From the NCBI GenBank assembly GCA_030704615.1, contig CM060732.1, positions 54,684,001 to 54,748,000 on the forward strand: a stretch of 64,000 nucleotides of DNA, given 5' to 3'. Source of the DNA: Takakia lepidozioides (lineage: Eukaryota > Plantae > Bryophyta). A model generated the notes under the pieces. The model was not told the origin of the DNA and did not search any database. It saw nothing but the letters and a program-made list of their open reading frames with translations. The number at the start of each line of letters is the position of its first letter. The stretch's first letter is position 1. The position numbers and the translations under genes are program-made. This document shows positions 51,081 through 64,000 of this stretch, piece by piece.

Positions 51081-53195
51081 CACAGCCCATCACAGCCCCA
51101 CAGGCCACCGGGCACAGCCTGTCACAGCCCCTCACAGCCCCTCATAGCCCCACAGGCCACATGGCACAGCCTGTCATAGCCCCTCAGGCCACAGGGAACT
51201 GCCTGTCACAGCCCGCCACAGCCCCACAGGCCACAGGGCACAGCCTGTCACAACCCCTTACAGCCCGTCACAGCTCGCCACAGCCTGTCACAGCCCGTCC
51301 CAGCCCCACAGGCCACAGGGCACAGCCTGTCACAGCCCCTCATAGCCCGTCACAACCCCACAGGGCACAGGGCACAGCCTGTCACAGCTCATCACAGCGT
51401 GTCACGGCCCATCACAGCCCCGCAGGTCACAGGGCACAGCCTGTCACAGCCCACCACAACCCCACAGGCCACTCATGACAGTTTAGCCATTTCTCCAAGG
51501 GGTTTAGCCACGTCAAGCTAGGGTTTGTGTCTCTTGGACTTAGGCTTCTTTGCACCGAGCTATGGCGGCTGTGAAGAAATCAACAAGGTATTCTTGCTCT
51601 TTCGGCTCCCACACACCACCAATAGTAGCCCTAAGCCATGAGGAAAATGGTTGCCACAAACCAAGCCTTCTTTCTCACTTAGACTCCCCAAACACGCCAC
51701 TAAACTCAATGGCAAACAACCAAGCCTTGCTGGTTTCCAGCCCTTGTGAGCACTCATTCAAGCGTTTCCCTTGGCCATAGCATCTGTTTTAGAGCCTATT
51801 CCAGCCCCCTACATCTGCCACTTCAAGAGCCATGCTCTATCTAGGCTTGAAGTTGAAACCCCAACTAAGAACACGCTCTACAAGTGTCGGACTGTCACAT
51901 AAGAGCAGATCAGCCCCTTATCTTCTCTTCTAGTTCTCTAAAGCTTGAAAACAAAAGCCCAATGGACTGAAGGCATGCTCCACACATGCCCTACAGGGAA
52001 ACCAGCCCCTTACTTCCTTTCTTGCACTCCCAAACCTGAAAGTACAAGCCTTCAATAGGCTGAAAACATGCTCCACACATGCATTGCCCTCACATAAGGG
52101 AAGTCAGCCCTTCCCTCTTCCTTGCTTGCCCTCCAAGCTTGAAGATGGAAGCTTCAATGAGCTGAATACGTGCTCCACACATGCAACCTCTTCACACAAG
52201 AGATATCAGCCCCCTATCTTGGCTCCTTGGCTCCTTAATGCTCTCTAAGACAAGACTAAGCACTCCACAGCCTTTGCCAAGCTCCTGAAACTCTAAGGCT
52301 TACATTTCCAGCCACAAGACACTTCTCTTGTGGTGCAAGAGCTCTTCTTCCAAGCTCTGAAACCCTAGGTGCACATTCCATGGCCTTGCCGCACCTCTTA
52401 GCTCCTGTTCCAGCCCTGCTCTTGCCATGACAAGAGCCCTCTCAATGCTGAAGCTCGAGATTGAAACCCAATCTCACCATACTCCACAAAGTGCACTGAT
52501 TTGCCCCAAGCCAAATCAGCCCTTTCGCTTGGTCTTGCAATCCTTCACACAATGAAAGCTTGCATTCCCAAGTCCAGTTCTCAGCTTTGCCACCAAAGCC
52601 ACTATAACGTGCTCTTGACTGGTCCTCTTCCCAATCGTGCTTGCTCATGCATGTACACAATCTGAAACCATCAAGGTGCTCTGGAATTACCTGCAGCATG
52701 GTGCTTTCATCTCTGAAGTTGAAGATCGAATGCCAAGGTCTACCACCTTGTAACCCACATCACCTCCGCTTCTAACAACCAAAGGCTCCACGGTGCTCCT
52801 TGCATAACAACCTGGTTTCTCTCATCCTCAAGCAAAAACCACAAGTGCTACAACTAACTCGTATCTGGCACTCACAGATACGAGCTGATCTTTCTCGAGT
52901 GATAAAGAAAAAGAATACAAGCACAAGCTCATGCGAGCTCACAAAGCTGAAGCATAAACTCATGCATATATAACCTCATCACTCAAATACAAGTCAAGCC
53001 AAGTGCACCCCACGCCATGGGGAATCCACACTACGGCGCCATAGCTAGGCGCGGTGAGGCTCAACGCGCTTGCCATGAAGATAACCACTCCAGGGCCTAA
53101 ATCTGCCTTGACCCCTGGATTGACACTTGGGCCAATCTCAAATGTCAATATGTAAAAGCTAGCTAGTTTCACACTAGTGGCAAAATAACTTGACA
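51081..53195 (-). mobile_element. Second, 3'-truncated copy of the split-repeat element (repeat A, leader and minisatellite)
   Basis: Reverse complement of ~22057-24200, starting at the same TGTCAAGTTATT terminus. ORF-track translations are near-identical. Confidence 0.92.
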
Positions 53196-54373
53196 GGGGG
53201 TAAAAATGACATCCATAGCTACTCTGCATCAAATCACGCCATAAGGATAGGAAATTCTAAGTAAAATTAAAATTCTTCGGGTCATTATGTGTCATGTAGG
53301 AGTCCCTGCTGGAATGTCAAAACAAAATTGCATTCTAAGTTTTTAGGAGGGGGAGATCTGCATTCTAGTGAATTATGCATCCATTGATAATTTAGGTGTT
53401 TAGTTGCCGGACCGGCCAACTTCCCGGCGACAGATTGCCGGGCCACGTCATACAAAACTGGTGGAATTGAACGGCCCGGCTAGCAAATCCAACTCCTTAC
53501 CTGCCACAGTCCCTGCAGGAGACCCGCCAAAATGCAGACACCAACCAACTGCCATTATGCAAATTACCTGAATCATCTCTCATGCTCTCTTTACCGTAGC
53601 AAGAAGCCCAAGAGTTGAGGGGGGATTGAACCCCCTTATCTACCTAATATGCAGACAGCTCCCCCCCCCCCCATTCCCAAACAGCTAGACAACCCCCAAA
53701 GACAACCACCAGTCCAGCATGACCTCCTGATCAACCAACTAAAAAAAACCCAACCCAAAGAGAAAAACCCAGGCGCTCCTGCGACGGCGGGGAATCGCAC
53801 CCGCACAACAAAAAATAAATAAATAAAAATAAAAATAAAAATTACGATTCCCCGCCATCGTTGGGCTGCGACGCCTCGTTGCGAGTCCCCGGCGTTGCAG
53901 CATCCCAGGGGTGTCGCAACCCCCCCCAACGCGTTAGCGGGGGAATGGGGTCAGGCCCATTTCCGGCGACGGCATGGCATCGCAAGATGCCACAATGTCG
54001 TCTAAGCGCCGGCGTTGCGACGCCCCGACGTCGCAAGTCCCGGGCCGGGCGCCTCCTCGACGTTGCAGTCGCAGGGGGTCGGCACGTCCGGTGCGCCTAG
54101 GGTCCTGGCGTCGCTAACCTCCCCTAAACATAGTAGTGTTGGATGCAGTTCTTGGAACTCTATTCTGCACACACGTTTGTTACGGTGCGCTCTGTTGCCA
54201 CTAAACGAAAATAGAAAACCAAAAACAAAAGAATGTCTTGAGTGAGGTCAAGGTCTCAAAGGTGGGAACCAGGTCTTCATTGGATCCGTAGTAGTCTTGA
54301 GGGAGGTTTGTCAATGGACTATCATCAACAAAGATAGTGTTTCCCTCATTATATACACCTGGGTAGGCACGAG

Positions 54374-57200
54374 TGTTACAGTAGTAGTTTTCATACTTGC
54401 CAGATGATAAGCCTTGAGCGCGCGCGGTCAGGGCGACGGCATACTAGCTAGGGGGGTCGTGGTAAGTTGCGGTGTAGGTTGGGCTCACTGAACCGCCTAC
54501 CCGGCTGCGGTTAGTGCAGGGGGTCCGTGGTCGTGTATGATGGAAATGGTCACTATCTGCGAAGAGGAGTCACGTACTCCGCTTCATAGGACGAGTTTGC
54601 GTTTCCTAAGTCCGATGGGGTTTTACCATCTACCAAGTGCCTTCCAAGTCTTTTATTTATTATCATTTCCTACCGCCTAAGCTTCCGAGCTGCCTATAGC
54701 CGGGATGTGTGGTAATCCCTTCACAAGGCACCTACCAAGCCTAGGGAGGAGAGGGATAATCTTCCTCTCCCACTGCCCCTCCTTCACCGAGTGCCTGAGT
54801 TCAAATCACTCCTGAGGGAAGGGTGAATGCTCCCCTATTCTCATGCCCAACGGCTTTATCTAGGCCGAGGGGGGGGGGGGGGGCCAACATACCTATCATC
54901 AGTCAATAGGTGCAAGAAAAGCCCGATACGGTGAATCCAAGTCTCGTACGCGAATAAACGCGAGAGGTGTAATAACCTCCTATCACTTTACAAGTCAATT
55001 CCTATGCATTAAGCCAATTTAAACAAATTTGCCATAAAGAAGTACTAGAAAATAAAGAAAATTAGAGAAATCCAGAAAAATACCTCCCCTATGGGAAATC
55101 ATGTGAGGATTCCAAAAATGCCTTTTGGCACCTAGAATGGACATGGGGAACCCTTTGAGAACCAGATTATAGCCCGGGAACCCTCGAGAACCGTTCCCTG
55201 CCACAGGGAACGATCGCAGCTATCGGATGAACGAAACTCATGCCGATTTCATCCATGCCAATTCATCCGTCAGTCCGAAACATGCATGCTCACATGCTAA
55301 GGCAATCATATGGTGGGACCAAGCGTGATTCCTCACACTTATATTAAATAAAGGGGCCTGGGGCGCTTTCCTCCCTTTGGAAACGGTCATCCCCTACTTT
55401 AGGCCCTGACACCACTTGGCACTGTAGCCGGAATTCAAGGATAGAGTACTTCTGCTCCTCCCTAGTCACTCAACGTTTCAGTCTCTCTCTAACGACTTAG
55501 AAACTCTCTGAGCCACTTCTCCGGCATGTAAGGAAGCCCCCTTCCGGGCCTACGCGCTCTCCAAATCTTAGAATTTTTCCTCCATGGGAGCCTTGTCTTC
55601 CAGGACTTCAATCCTTAAAGGGGGTAAGAATTAAAGCAAATAGTAGAAGGTTAGAAGAACCCCCTTAAAAAGATATCACTCCTGTGTATCCGCAGGGTAA
55701 CCGCGCCCGCCCACGTGGTGGGGCGTGGCTCGGCGCGGGCCGGTCCAAGCTGCAAACCGTAGGTCCCTGCCGCAGTTAAAGCCGACGTCCGCCAGTCCTG
55801 GGCAAATGTATTATCCGGCGGGTAAAGTCCCACCTCTCTGCACGCGCGAGCGTCCCTGGCCTTGATGCTCCTCAAGGCCACGCGGCTATGTCCTTTCTGC
55901 TGGGGTCCTTCGCAGCCCGTACGCCGTGGCGCCAGCCACGGCCACTGTCCCCATTACTTTAGTGCCTAGCTATGGGGCGCAGCACCCAGGATTACCCCGG
56001 GCTGCTCGCGATGGTGGGCAAGTCCTATCAGTCAGAAAAAACACCCTCCCATTCCCAAAATAAAAACACTACCCTCCCCTAGGCCTTCATGGCTTTGCTT
56101 GGGGGGGTCAAATCAGCTCATAGAGAGGCCTTAGAGTGGCCTAAAACATACCTTCAGCCTGCTGGTACCCGTTTCCAAAGCTGGTATATGGTGTCAATTA
56201 GTCACTAAGGGCATAATAATATCACTCTTTTATCAAGGTAAACAAAAAGCTCAATGGTAGTCCTTCCATTGGCATCATGGGGTATTCCACTTGTCAAACA
56301 TGACTCAAAATCAACATAGATTCACAAGACATCCACCTCTTCAGAGGGCTTCAATTCAATCAATTTTCAATATTCAAGATCAAGCTTGCTAGCCAACAAG
56401 CTTCTCATAAATAAAGGGAGAAGGGAGGATGTGACAACCTTCCAATGTGAGTGTGCTTGAGATGCTCTAATGACCCAAGGGTGGTACTCTAGGCAGCCCT
56501 TCTTGGTGCTCGTCTCTAGGTCCACGCCGGCCTTCCTACTCGTCTTCAAGTCATCCTCCTCTACATGAATTTGCACATAACCTCCTTCATGAATTCCCCA
56601 AGGGCCTCAAGGCCAAAATGAACTAGGCTTCCTTGCCTTAGCTCTCAATCCACCTACCTAACTAGGGAGCTTCAAGCTCCACTCCCTAGGATCTAGCCCT
56701 CCTCAAGCCAAGAACTAGCAAGCACTACAACAACAAGCAACAGGAAACTAAACAAATTAGCTAGACGAAGAGCAAGGAGGGCTTTGCTCTCCATTTATAC
56801 TAGTTTTGAGTCCAATAAACTAAGGATAAATATTCCTTAAACTATTGTATCCTTGGAGGAACTATTTAATATTCAACATGAATGAAAAGTCTTAGAGGCC
56901 AATGAAAGCTATCTTTGCATCCATCCATATGGATGACCAGTTGGCGCGAGTTGTCATTCCATCCATCCAGCTCATCCAGGCGAATTTTAGGAATTAATCA
57001 GCTACTGTGAATGCCGTCGACTCAATAATTTGGCGCCATTGCCAATCTGCTCCATAAATCACCAAACTTGGTGAAAAACTACAATTATATACCTTGTATC
57101 AGCCTGTAAATTCTCAGGTCCATCGGTGGTAAAAAGTTGCTCCTTTTGTCATTCGTCGTAGTTTCGCTACATAAAGATTTTGTTTGTTTCTTGGAAATCA
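54374..57200 (-). mobile_element. Probable large LTR fragment (Gypsy-type)
   Basis: TGTTACA boundary at 54374, minus-strand TATAAAT near 56795, non-coding LTR-like composition. Other boundary and TSD not found. Confidence 0.35.
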
Positions 57201-58049
57201 AATCCCTGGGGGTGGCTCTGGGGTCTTTGACCCTGCCACTAAGTCATAGGTTGTCCACAATCCCCTCCAGTTGTCCTGCACTGCTAACAAGCCCACGCTT
57301 CTCCGATTGAAGTCGTCCTGACCTGTTGTCGTTCCGATGCAGCCATTCGTTTTGTTGTCATATTTCATCGATGTACAGTTTGTTTCTTCCAATTGCCAAG
57401 CTCCTCGCCGTGTGTTCCTACAGTACTTGAAAGGCGGGAGAACAAAGATATCGTAATCTGGGACTAGAACAGTCGTCATGTATTGTTCGAACAGGATTAC
57501 ATTGCTGTTACTGGTACCGAATTGGCAGCCTCATCTGTAATCGATGCAGCTTTTTACAGTCATCTTGACGCCAGAGTTCCACTCCATGGTCGTCGCAGAC
57601 ACTATCTAATTTCCTACGTGCTTTACCAACGATTTCCAGACAACGAACAAACTAACATGTTTTGGCAGTACAATGCCGAAACTGATTGTCTTATGATAAA
57701 AAACGATCAGAAAAGAAAAGTGTACCAATATATGCATCTACACCAGGGAGTGTCAGAGTTGTCTCTGAGTGTTTTTGGTCAGATACTTCCTTTGGTGTCT
57801 AAACTAGGTTGCTTATAGCAAGGTTGCCACAAGAAGACCAAAGATAGATGCCTGCAGCGGAGTTGCGGGGATAAACTCAACCCTGGTGGGTGCGAACCCC
57901 ACGAAAGGCTATGGGGGATTACTAGTTTTCAGCAGGGTCAAAGGCCATAAGGCTAAGGCAAGCCAACATTTACAAGGAATGGCATGAGTACATTCTCTTA
58001 AGAATGGTCCAAAGGGCTGAAATTTAATTCAGGGCGGGGAGTCTACCTT

Positions 58050-61000
58050 AGAACAAGACGCAGATGCAAAGAGGAAATACAAAAAGGAAAGAGTTTAATC
58101 ACATCAATGGAAGGCCTAAAAAGCCCTAGAGACACAAGAGATAAATGCAATGAAATGGAACTTTATAACGTCCGCAAAAAGCTCAAAGAGCTTATGGGAC
58201 AAAGGAAAAACAAGAAATAAGAAATGAAATGAAATGAAATGGTGCTTTATAACGTCCGCGGAAAGCTCATAGAACTTATGGGACAAGATGGAAGAAAACA
58301 TGAGAGAAGAAACAAAACCAGAACCCAAGAATGAGAACTATTATTCTAGTGATTGTCTAAGGGTGAAGACCTCGTGTAGGTAGGCTGCCAAGCATTTTTT
58401 ATCCTCATAGTGGAAGACTTCAGTGAGAGATTGGGTTCCATTGAATAAACAGTGGAATCTCCCACGGATCTCGTAGTATAGAGGGCAGTAGAAGAAGAAG
58501 TTATCTTCAGTTTCAATTTTTGTCTGCACCCTATGCAAGCTGGACATAGGCGGTCCTCCCGTTGCAGGTTTTCCCATCTGCCAGTCTCTATCCGTAGGTT
58601 ATGGGGACCCACCCTGAACCGCCCCAATGCCCTCAGGAGGGAAGGAGATAAGGATGCTGAAAGGTAATTTGGCCTCAAGATTCTATCATCTCGGAGCACC
58701 AAGAATGTCTCTCGACAGAAGTGAAGCTTTGTCGTGAGATTGGGTAGCTTCCAAGTTCTCTTGATATATAATTCCATAAGCTCTCTCCTAATGAGTCTGT
58801 TGCGGTCATGTCTGGATGTGATGTCCACCCCATTTGGATTCATTGGTAATAGGGAAGCAGTACTAGAGAGTCCGTTGCGCTGAATCAACTGTCCACTCGA
58901 TCATACCAGGAGTTCGTGAAACCTGCAGCTTTGAGCCTCATAGATGCTGTGAGGGCTCTTGCCACGAGCCCCTTGGGCGGAAAGACTTGTAATCTATGGA
59001 GAAAGATTGTAAGCCGGAAGACGGACTCGGTTTGCAATGGTACACGGGTAGTTGCAGCCTACGATGGACCAAAATGAGACACACCATGAGTCCCTAAAAG
59101 TACAGAAAGGGGGATGTGGCGAATCCTCAACCATTGGATTCGCTTCAATTTACGATCTCAACCGTCTATTATTGACCATTAAAGACGTTATTTTCAAATC
59201 GCGATAGTTTCAGATCACGATAGTTTTTTTCAAATTTGATCTTGATCCACCCCGGGGGTCTACCCTTGGTCTATGTATTTAATGAGGCAGTGTTGATATA
59301 TTTCAAAGAATTCTATAAAGGACTTTAGGAAAATAGTTATTTTGAAGGCTCAAAATAGTACATAAAGATAATTTTACTTAATATTTTTGAGTGGATGTTT
59401 TCAATCTAGATTCTTTATCCCTCAAAGCACATTTGGTCAAGTCATTTTTTCTAATTTTCTATGAATCATGCTTTAAAAAAAATCCATAACGACCTTTTAT
59501 ATGGACTATAACAAATCCTTATGGACTTGTTCAAAAGTCCATAATTTCTAACCATTTGTTTTCTTGGTTATGAGATTGGAATATTTGAAACATATGTAGT
59601 TGAGCCTTCATAGCTTAGTCCCTTTTTACTATCAGCATTGCCATTTAGGAGTATGATAATTTACAACTAATCAAAAAACAGTGTTGTGACAGCATTTTTG
59701 GTCCACCGTAGGCTGCAACTGCCCACACATGCGAACTCTACACCTAGGATATGAGATGGAGTTGTGCTTCTAGCGCCAAGCATTGCTTTGGAGAAAAGAT
59801 CACTACAATAGTTCCAGATTCTTCTCCCACCAGGAAACAGGAACACCAAATGCCCAGAACTCACAACCATAGATGGTCGTAGGGCTGATAACGGTGTCAA
59901 ACAATCACTTTTTGGTTGGGTGCTGATACAGATGTAAATTTTGCTTGCATTTGGCCTGAAGGCAGATGGAGGCCGCCTTACCTTTAGTCAATTTGTCCAG
60001 GGCAGTGGCTGCGAAGTGGAATTTGGGGGAGTGGATAACCAGACCCAGGTACCGGGATGATTTCACAATCTCAATTTCCAACAGATTGAAGATGAATCTA
60101 CGATCAGCATGGCCATTTGCAGGAAGACCGAGGATTGTGTCAAAAGGGCAACATCATCAGCATAGAGGAGATCAGATTGTGTTGGTCCCCCATCCAATGG
60201 TACCCCAACCCTATGGTTTTTTGAGATGTAAACCTCCCAGGCGTCAATGTAGATCCCGAAAAGGGTAGGTGAAAGGGGACAACCATGTTTGACTCCAATG
60301 TTGCTCTGGACCTCGGCTGAGAAGTCACCAGCGACGTTGACCATGCCAGCGACAATCTTATACATAGAAGAAATGGCACAAAGGATGTCTGGAGGGACTA
60401 CTACTCTATGGAGCCGTTGGAAGAGAAGGTCCCGAGGAACTGAATCAAAGGCCTTCTGAAAGTCCACGAAGCAAATGTCATAGACCATTCTTTGTCATAG
60501 CATGCACGTTCCACCATAACCTAAAGAGTGAAAATGTGGCCCAAGAGTGGATCTGTTGCGACGGAAACCAACATGTCCCTTAGCACGTATGTGAGAGGAC
60601 TCAGCCCAATCATCCAGTTCCATGGCCATTACTGCCCCCAAACAGTTTAGCAAGTAACGAGGACACCATAATAGTGTGATAGTTGGTCGGTGCGAGCCTG
60701 TCACCGCTCTTGAAGACTAGTGGGTGGATGATGCTCTTTGTCCACTATGTTGGAAAGCCCCGTTGCACTACCTCGTTGAAGAGGTGAGCTATAAAAGGGG
60801 CTAAAGTAGGTGCAGCATGCTTGATGAATTCACTCTGAAGTCCTTGAATGTCCACTGCCCTGCCATTTTGCAGCTTCTTGATTGCCCGGCTGACATTAAT
60901 GGCCGTAGTAAAGAGAGAGAAGTGAAGGGGTTTAGAGGTTATGGGAGAGAGAGTTTGGGTTGGGGAATGGTACAAAGATTGGGCATACTCATGCCAGACG

Positions 61001-62588
61001 TGAATGTCAGTGATTGGGGGAGGGTCTCTGTGAGGTTTAAGGAGGAACAAAAAAGAACGAGGATAAAATCTGATTTTAGCAAGGAAAGAAGATTGCAACT
61101 TGAGAGTATAGGCTCTCTTTTTGGATCTAATGAGGGACTTAAAGTGCTTAAGAGCAAGGTTTGTGGACTCTGGAGAAGAATGGGTATCAAGTAGTATAGA
61201 TTGATGTGACGTCTAGCAACCTTGCACTCCTCATCATAAAATGGTGCATAACGACGAGTGGAGAAGGGTGAGGGAGGTAGATGGAAGGGTGACGGGGAAG
61301 GATCGCAGGGTTGAGTCCCAAAGGGGTTGAGTAAGATGTGTAGCCTTGTCATTAGGAGATGGTAGATCTAGAATGAAGGGGAGGGTTGACGCTAGGCATG
61401 TTTCATACTCGGCGTCGTGTAAGTGAGAGAAGGGGGTATTAAAATGGATACGTGGGTGAAAGGGGAGAGAAGCAGAGGGGTCCTTCACAGGGAGAGAGAT
61501 GGAAGGAAATGCAAAGAAAAGGCAAGAGTGATCATGAGAATCCGGATACCTCGTGATGTAAAAAGAGCTTATTCTATCAGACGTGTTGGGTTCCCCAAGA
61601 GAAAGTCGACCACGCTCTGGCCCTTGTACGTGTGGCAGGTGAATTGGCTGAAGGATTTGAAATTGGTTGTTCCATTGTAAATGACAAGCCCCTGAATTTC
61701 ACAAAACTTGAGTAGATGACCGTAGCTTGTGATTTCACAAAAGACATCCGCGCTTTGCCTCTTCAATTCCAATATATATGCGAGCGTTGGATGCGCAGAG
61801 GATCCGTGGGGTCGAAGGTGGGGGCCTGTAGTGATCCTGTACGGGCATTGAAATCTCCAACCAAGAATATATGTCCATGTGTGGGGTACGGAGATGGACC
61901 ATATCTTCTTCCAATGGGACATATGGCGAATCTGTTTGCATATGTAGGCTACTGTGCGGAGATGCAGCTGGAGCAAAATAACATCCCGCCAACAGGATGT
62001 TGTAGCCTTTTATGTGACACCAAATGTACCTTGTCAATGGGTCTATGTATGGAAAAGAGATGAATGGGAGAAGCCAATCGGAAAAGTAACAAGCCACTGA
62101 TCCTTTAGATCATTTGAGACCTGTACGTGGACGAGTCACTGACTGAACGCTATAACCGAGAATTGGGGGTGGCTCCACAATGAGTCATTACAGTTCCATA
62201 AGCCAATGTGTAGATGTGAGCGTGTGTTGGTCTCATGGTGGATCAACCCCTATTTAGAGTTAGAGGGGCGATGCACGTGCTCCCAGACAATTACCCTCAT
62301 ATCTCGGTACACAACATAGTACTGCCCCTGAGCTCGAACTTGCTTGACCTGCAAGAGTTGCACCCACATGGCGTTGTATTGCAAGGGGGTCAAATCATCA
62401 TTGAGGTACATACCCTCACCTCTCAATTGAGGCCTCTACCTGAGGACCCTATCCCGAGCACCTTTGTCCTTGAATCAAATGAAGAGGACTTTGTGCTCTG
62501 AAGATCCTGCACGCCAAGCCCGTTCAATGCCACTCGCTCCCCGTGGTAGAGCAAGGTTGGTGGCCGCGTCAAGACGGTCCCCCTCTCA
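58050..62588 (-). mobile_element. Degenerate LINE (RTEX-like): ORF1 remnant, APE endonuclease, RT, C-terminal Cys/His motif, repetitive 3' tail
   Basis: ORF1 MYLNDDLTPLQ (~62400). Endonuclease YNG...FTCH...SVVDFLL. RT CFVDFQKAFDSVPR, GVKHGCPLSPTLFGIYID, LLYADDVAL. C-terminal RFRVGPHNLRIETGRW...CPAC...CPLY. (CATTT)n-rich tail. Confidence 0.85.
59046..59724. mobile_element. 679-bp MITE with ~30-bp TIRs and 4-bp TSD, inserted in the LINE
   Basis: TIR gggtagttgcagcctacgatggaccaaaa / ttttggtccaccgtaggctgcaactgccc. TSD acac (59042-59045, 59725-59728). Confidence 0.88.
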
Positions 62589-63146
62589 CTAGAAGCATTC
62601 GTGTCATTTACCTCTGGGGTAATGACTCATTTTGAGTCGTAAAAGTCAAAAAACCGGGATCGACTGGAACAAATGACTAATTACAACAGACGTGGAAGTT
62701 GGGTCGGACATCCAATGATTGGAGTGGTAAAGGACGTAAGCGCGCGAACAACTGCTCAGCGATTATTGCGATTAATGCTGAAGAACCACGTGGCGTAACC
62801 AGGCAGGCCGCCCGTGTGTCTGACCTTTTGGGCTGACTTTGACTTTTCCCTCCGGATGAGTGGACTTACTCACCGGAGCGCGGTGTCACATGGACGCGGA
62901 CGTGGACGACGATGTGGACGCCGACGTGGTGGCGCCACGACGAGCAGCACTGCTGCCACGTGGCCAAGGGCCCGGGGTGCCACGTGGTAGTCGACCACAT
63001 AACTTGTAGTGCTACATGCCCAGTGGCAACTGCGACTGCGGAAGTCGGCGCAACCACTGCTTTACTACTTTAAATGAAGTGCTCGAAATTACTTGAACAA
63101 TCACTCATAGTGCTTTGAAGTTTTGGTGTTTGTAATGAGCCGACTA
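62589..63146 (-). mobile_element. Probable non-autonomous Helitron
   Basis: Minus-strand 3' end CTAG|T at 62589 with a hairpin gtcatttacc...ggtaatgac about 10 nt inside. CACGTGG-rich core. Truncates LINE ORF1. Confidence 0.5.
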
Positions 63147-63457
63147 GTACATACGCATGTAATGCCATACAAGAGAACTAATCATGTCATTAGAAATGCG
63201 AAAACAATGAAAGACGTGCCATGAAACAAAACGAAATGAAAATGAAATGAAATAAAACAAATGATACTTTATTACATCTGCGGAAAGCTCAAAGAGATTA
63301 TGATACAAAATGGAAAAACCAAAGTAAAAAAAACAGCCCAAAGCTACTACTGCTCTGAGGATTGCCTAAGGGTCAAGGCCTCGTGCAGGTAAGCTGCCAA
63401 ACAATTGTGATCCTCATAATGCAAGACTCAGTGATAGCTTGAGTCCCACGGAATAGA
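63147..63457 (-). mobile_element. 5'-truncated 3' end of the same LINE family
   Basis: 63355-63457 resembles 58345-58452, and the tail repeat (gcggaaagctcaaagag.ttatg) is shared. Confidence 0.75.
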
Positions 63458-64000
63458 CCATCTACCCATGCATGTTTCTTGTAGCTATTGATCCACAGGG
63501 AATCATAGGTAATCTTGTGCTTGAAATCTGGCCCTCTTGGATGAATCTGCACCCACACTCTCTTTGCTCCTTTAGCTACACATGCCTCTGCACAAATCAT
63601 GCATTCATCATTGCCTTGCTGCTAGTGGCTGACAGTGACAACCTAGATTTATTCTAGGAAACATCCAACTCAACTTCTGACACTAGTTCCTATGCTGAAT
63701 GCGTCTGCTAGTCTATGAAATGTAACAGACATTCATCTTTTTGCCTCGGTTGTCCCATCATTGACTGGGGGAGAACAGTATTCATTCCACAACTTCTCCT
63801 CATCTCTGTTACTTGTTTTTTGATACTTTTTTGTTGTCACATTGGCAGTATCATGTCAAAATCACTCTAAACTAGATTCACTCAACCAACTAACTTGCAG
63901 AATTCAACATGGAAATTTAGGACTGATTCTGATAAGAGGGAAAAACAAGGTGAAATGTGTTGAAGAAGATGTCTTCATTAGCAGTGTCTGATTTTAAAAA
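63458..64000 (-). pseudogene. Further copy of the PPR N-terminal/leader segment seen at 33830-36850
   Basis: ccatctacccatg...ttcttgtagctat...ggaatcataggtaatc and gaaatgtgttgaagaag...ttcattagcagt match 34092-34250 and 36150-36350. Confidence 0.75.

Noticed and set aside
57198-57818. Short ORFs of 93 and 111 aa
   Set aside because: No recognisable motifs; cannot be supported as genes.

Overview
Eukaryotic nuclear DNA, most likely a non-seed land plant (PLS-class PPR fragments, plant-type P4H/SWS1/XRCC3, Copia with half-tRNA-Met PBS). There are three apparently intact host genes: SWS1/ZSWIM7 (5 exons, -), a prolyl 4-hydroxylase (7 exons, -) and an intronless XRCC3 with a large insertion (+). 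Pseudogenes: a 5'-3' exonuclease and an F-box gene. The core of the window is a 22-kb, four-level nest. The F-box gene is split by a Copia element. The Copia integrase is split by a 17.9-kb retroelement (22057-39962) encoding Gag, aspartic protease, a C5 DNA methyltransferase and an integrase-tail/PHD finger, and bounded by split direct repeats (A...B-A-B) rather than ordinary LTRs. The methyltransferase is itself split by a 9.5-kb TIR element with a P-element-like transposase that carries PPR gene fragments. A second, truncated copy of the split-repeat element (51081-53195, -) starts at the same terminal base. Other repeats: Sola-like transposase remnant, hAT and 4-bp-TSD MITEs, a palindrome array, SINE-like elements, a second Copia remnant, an RTEX-like LINE, a probable Helitron end and a probable large LTR. 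All calls were made by eye with no database searches.
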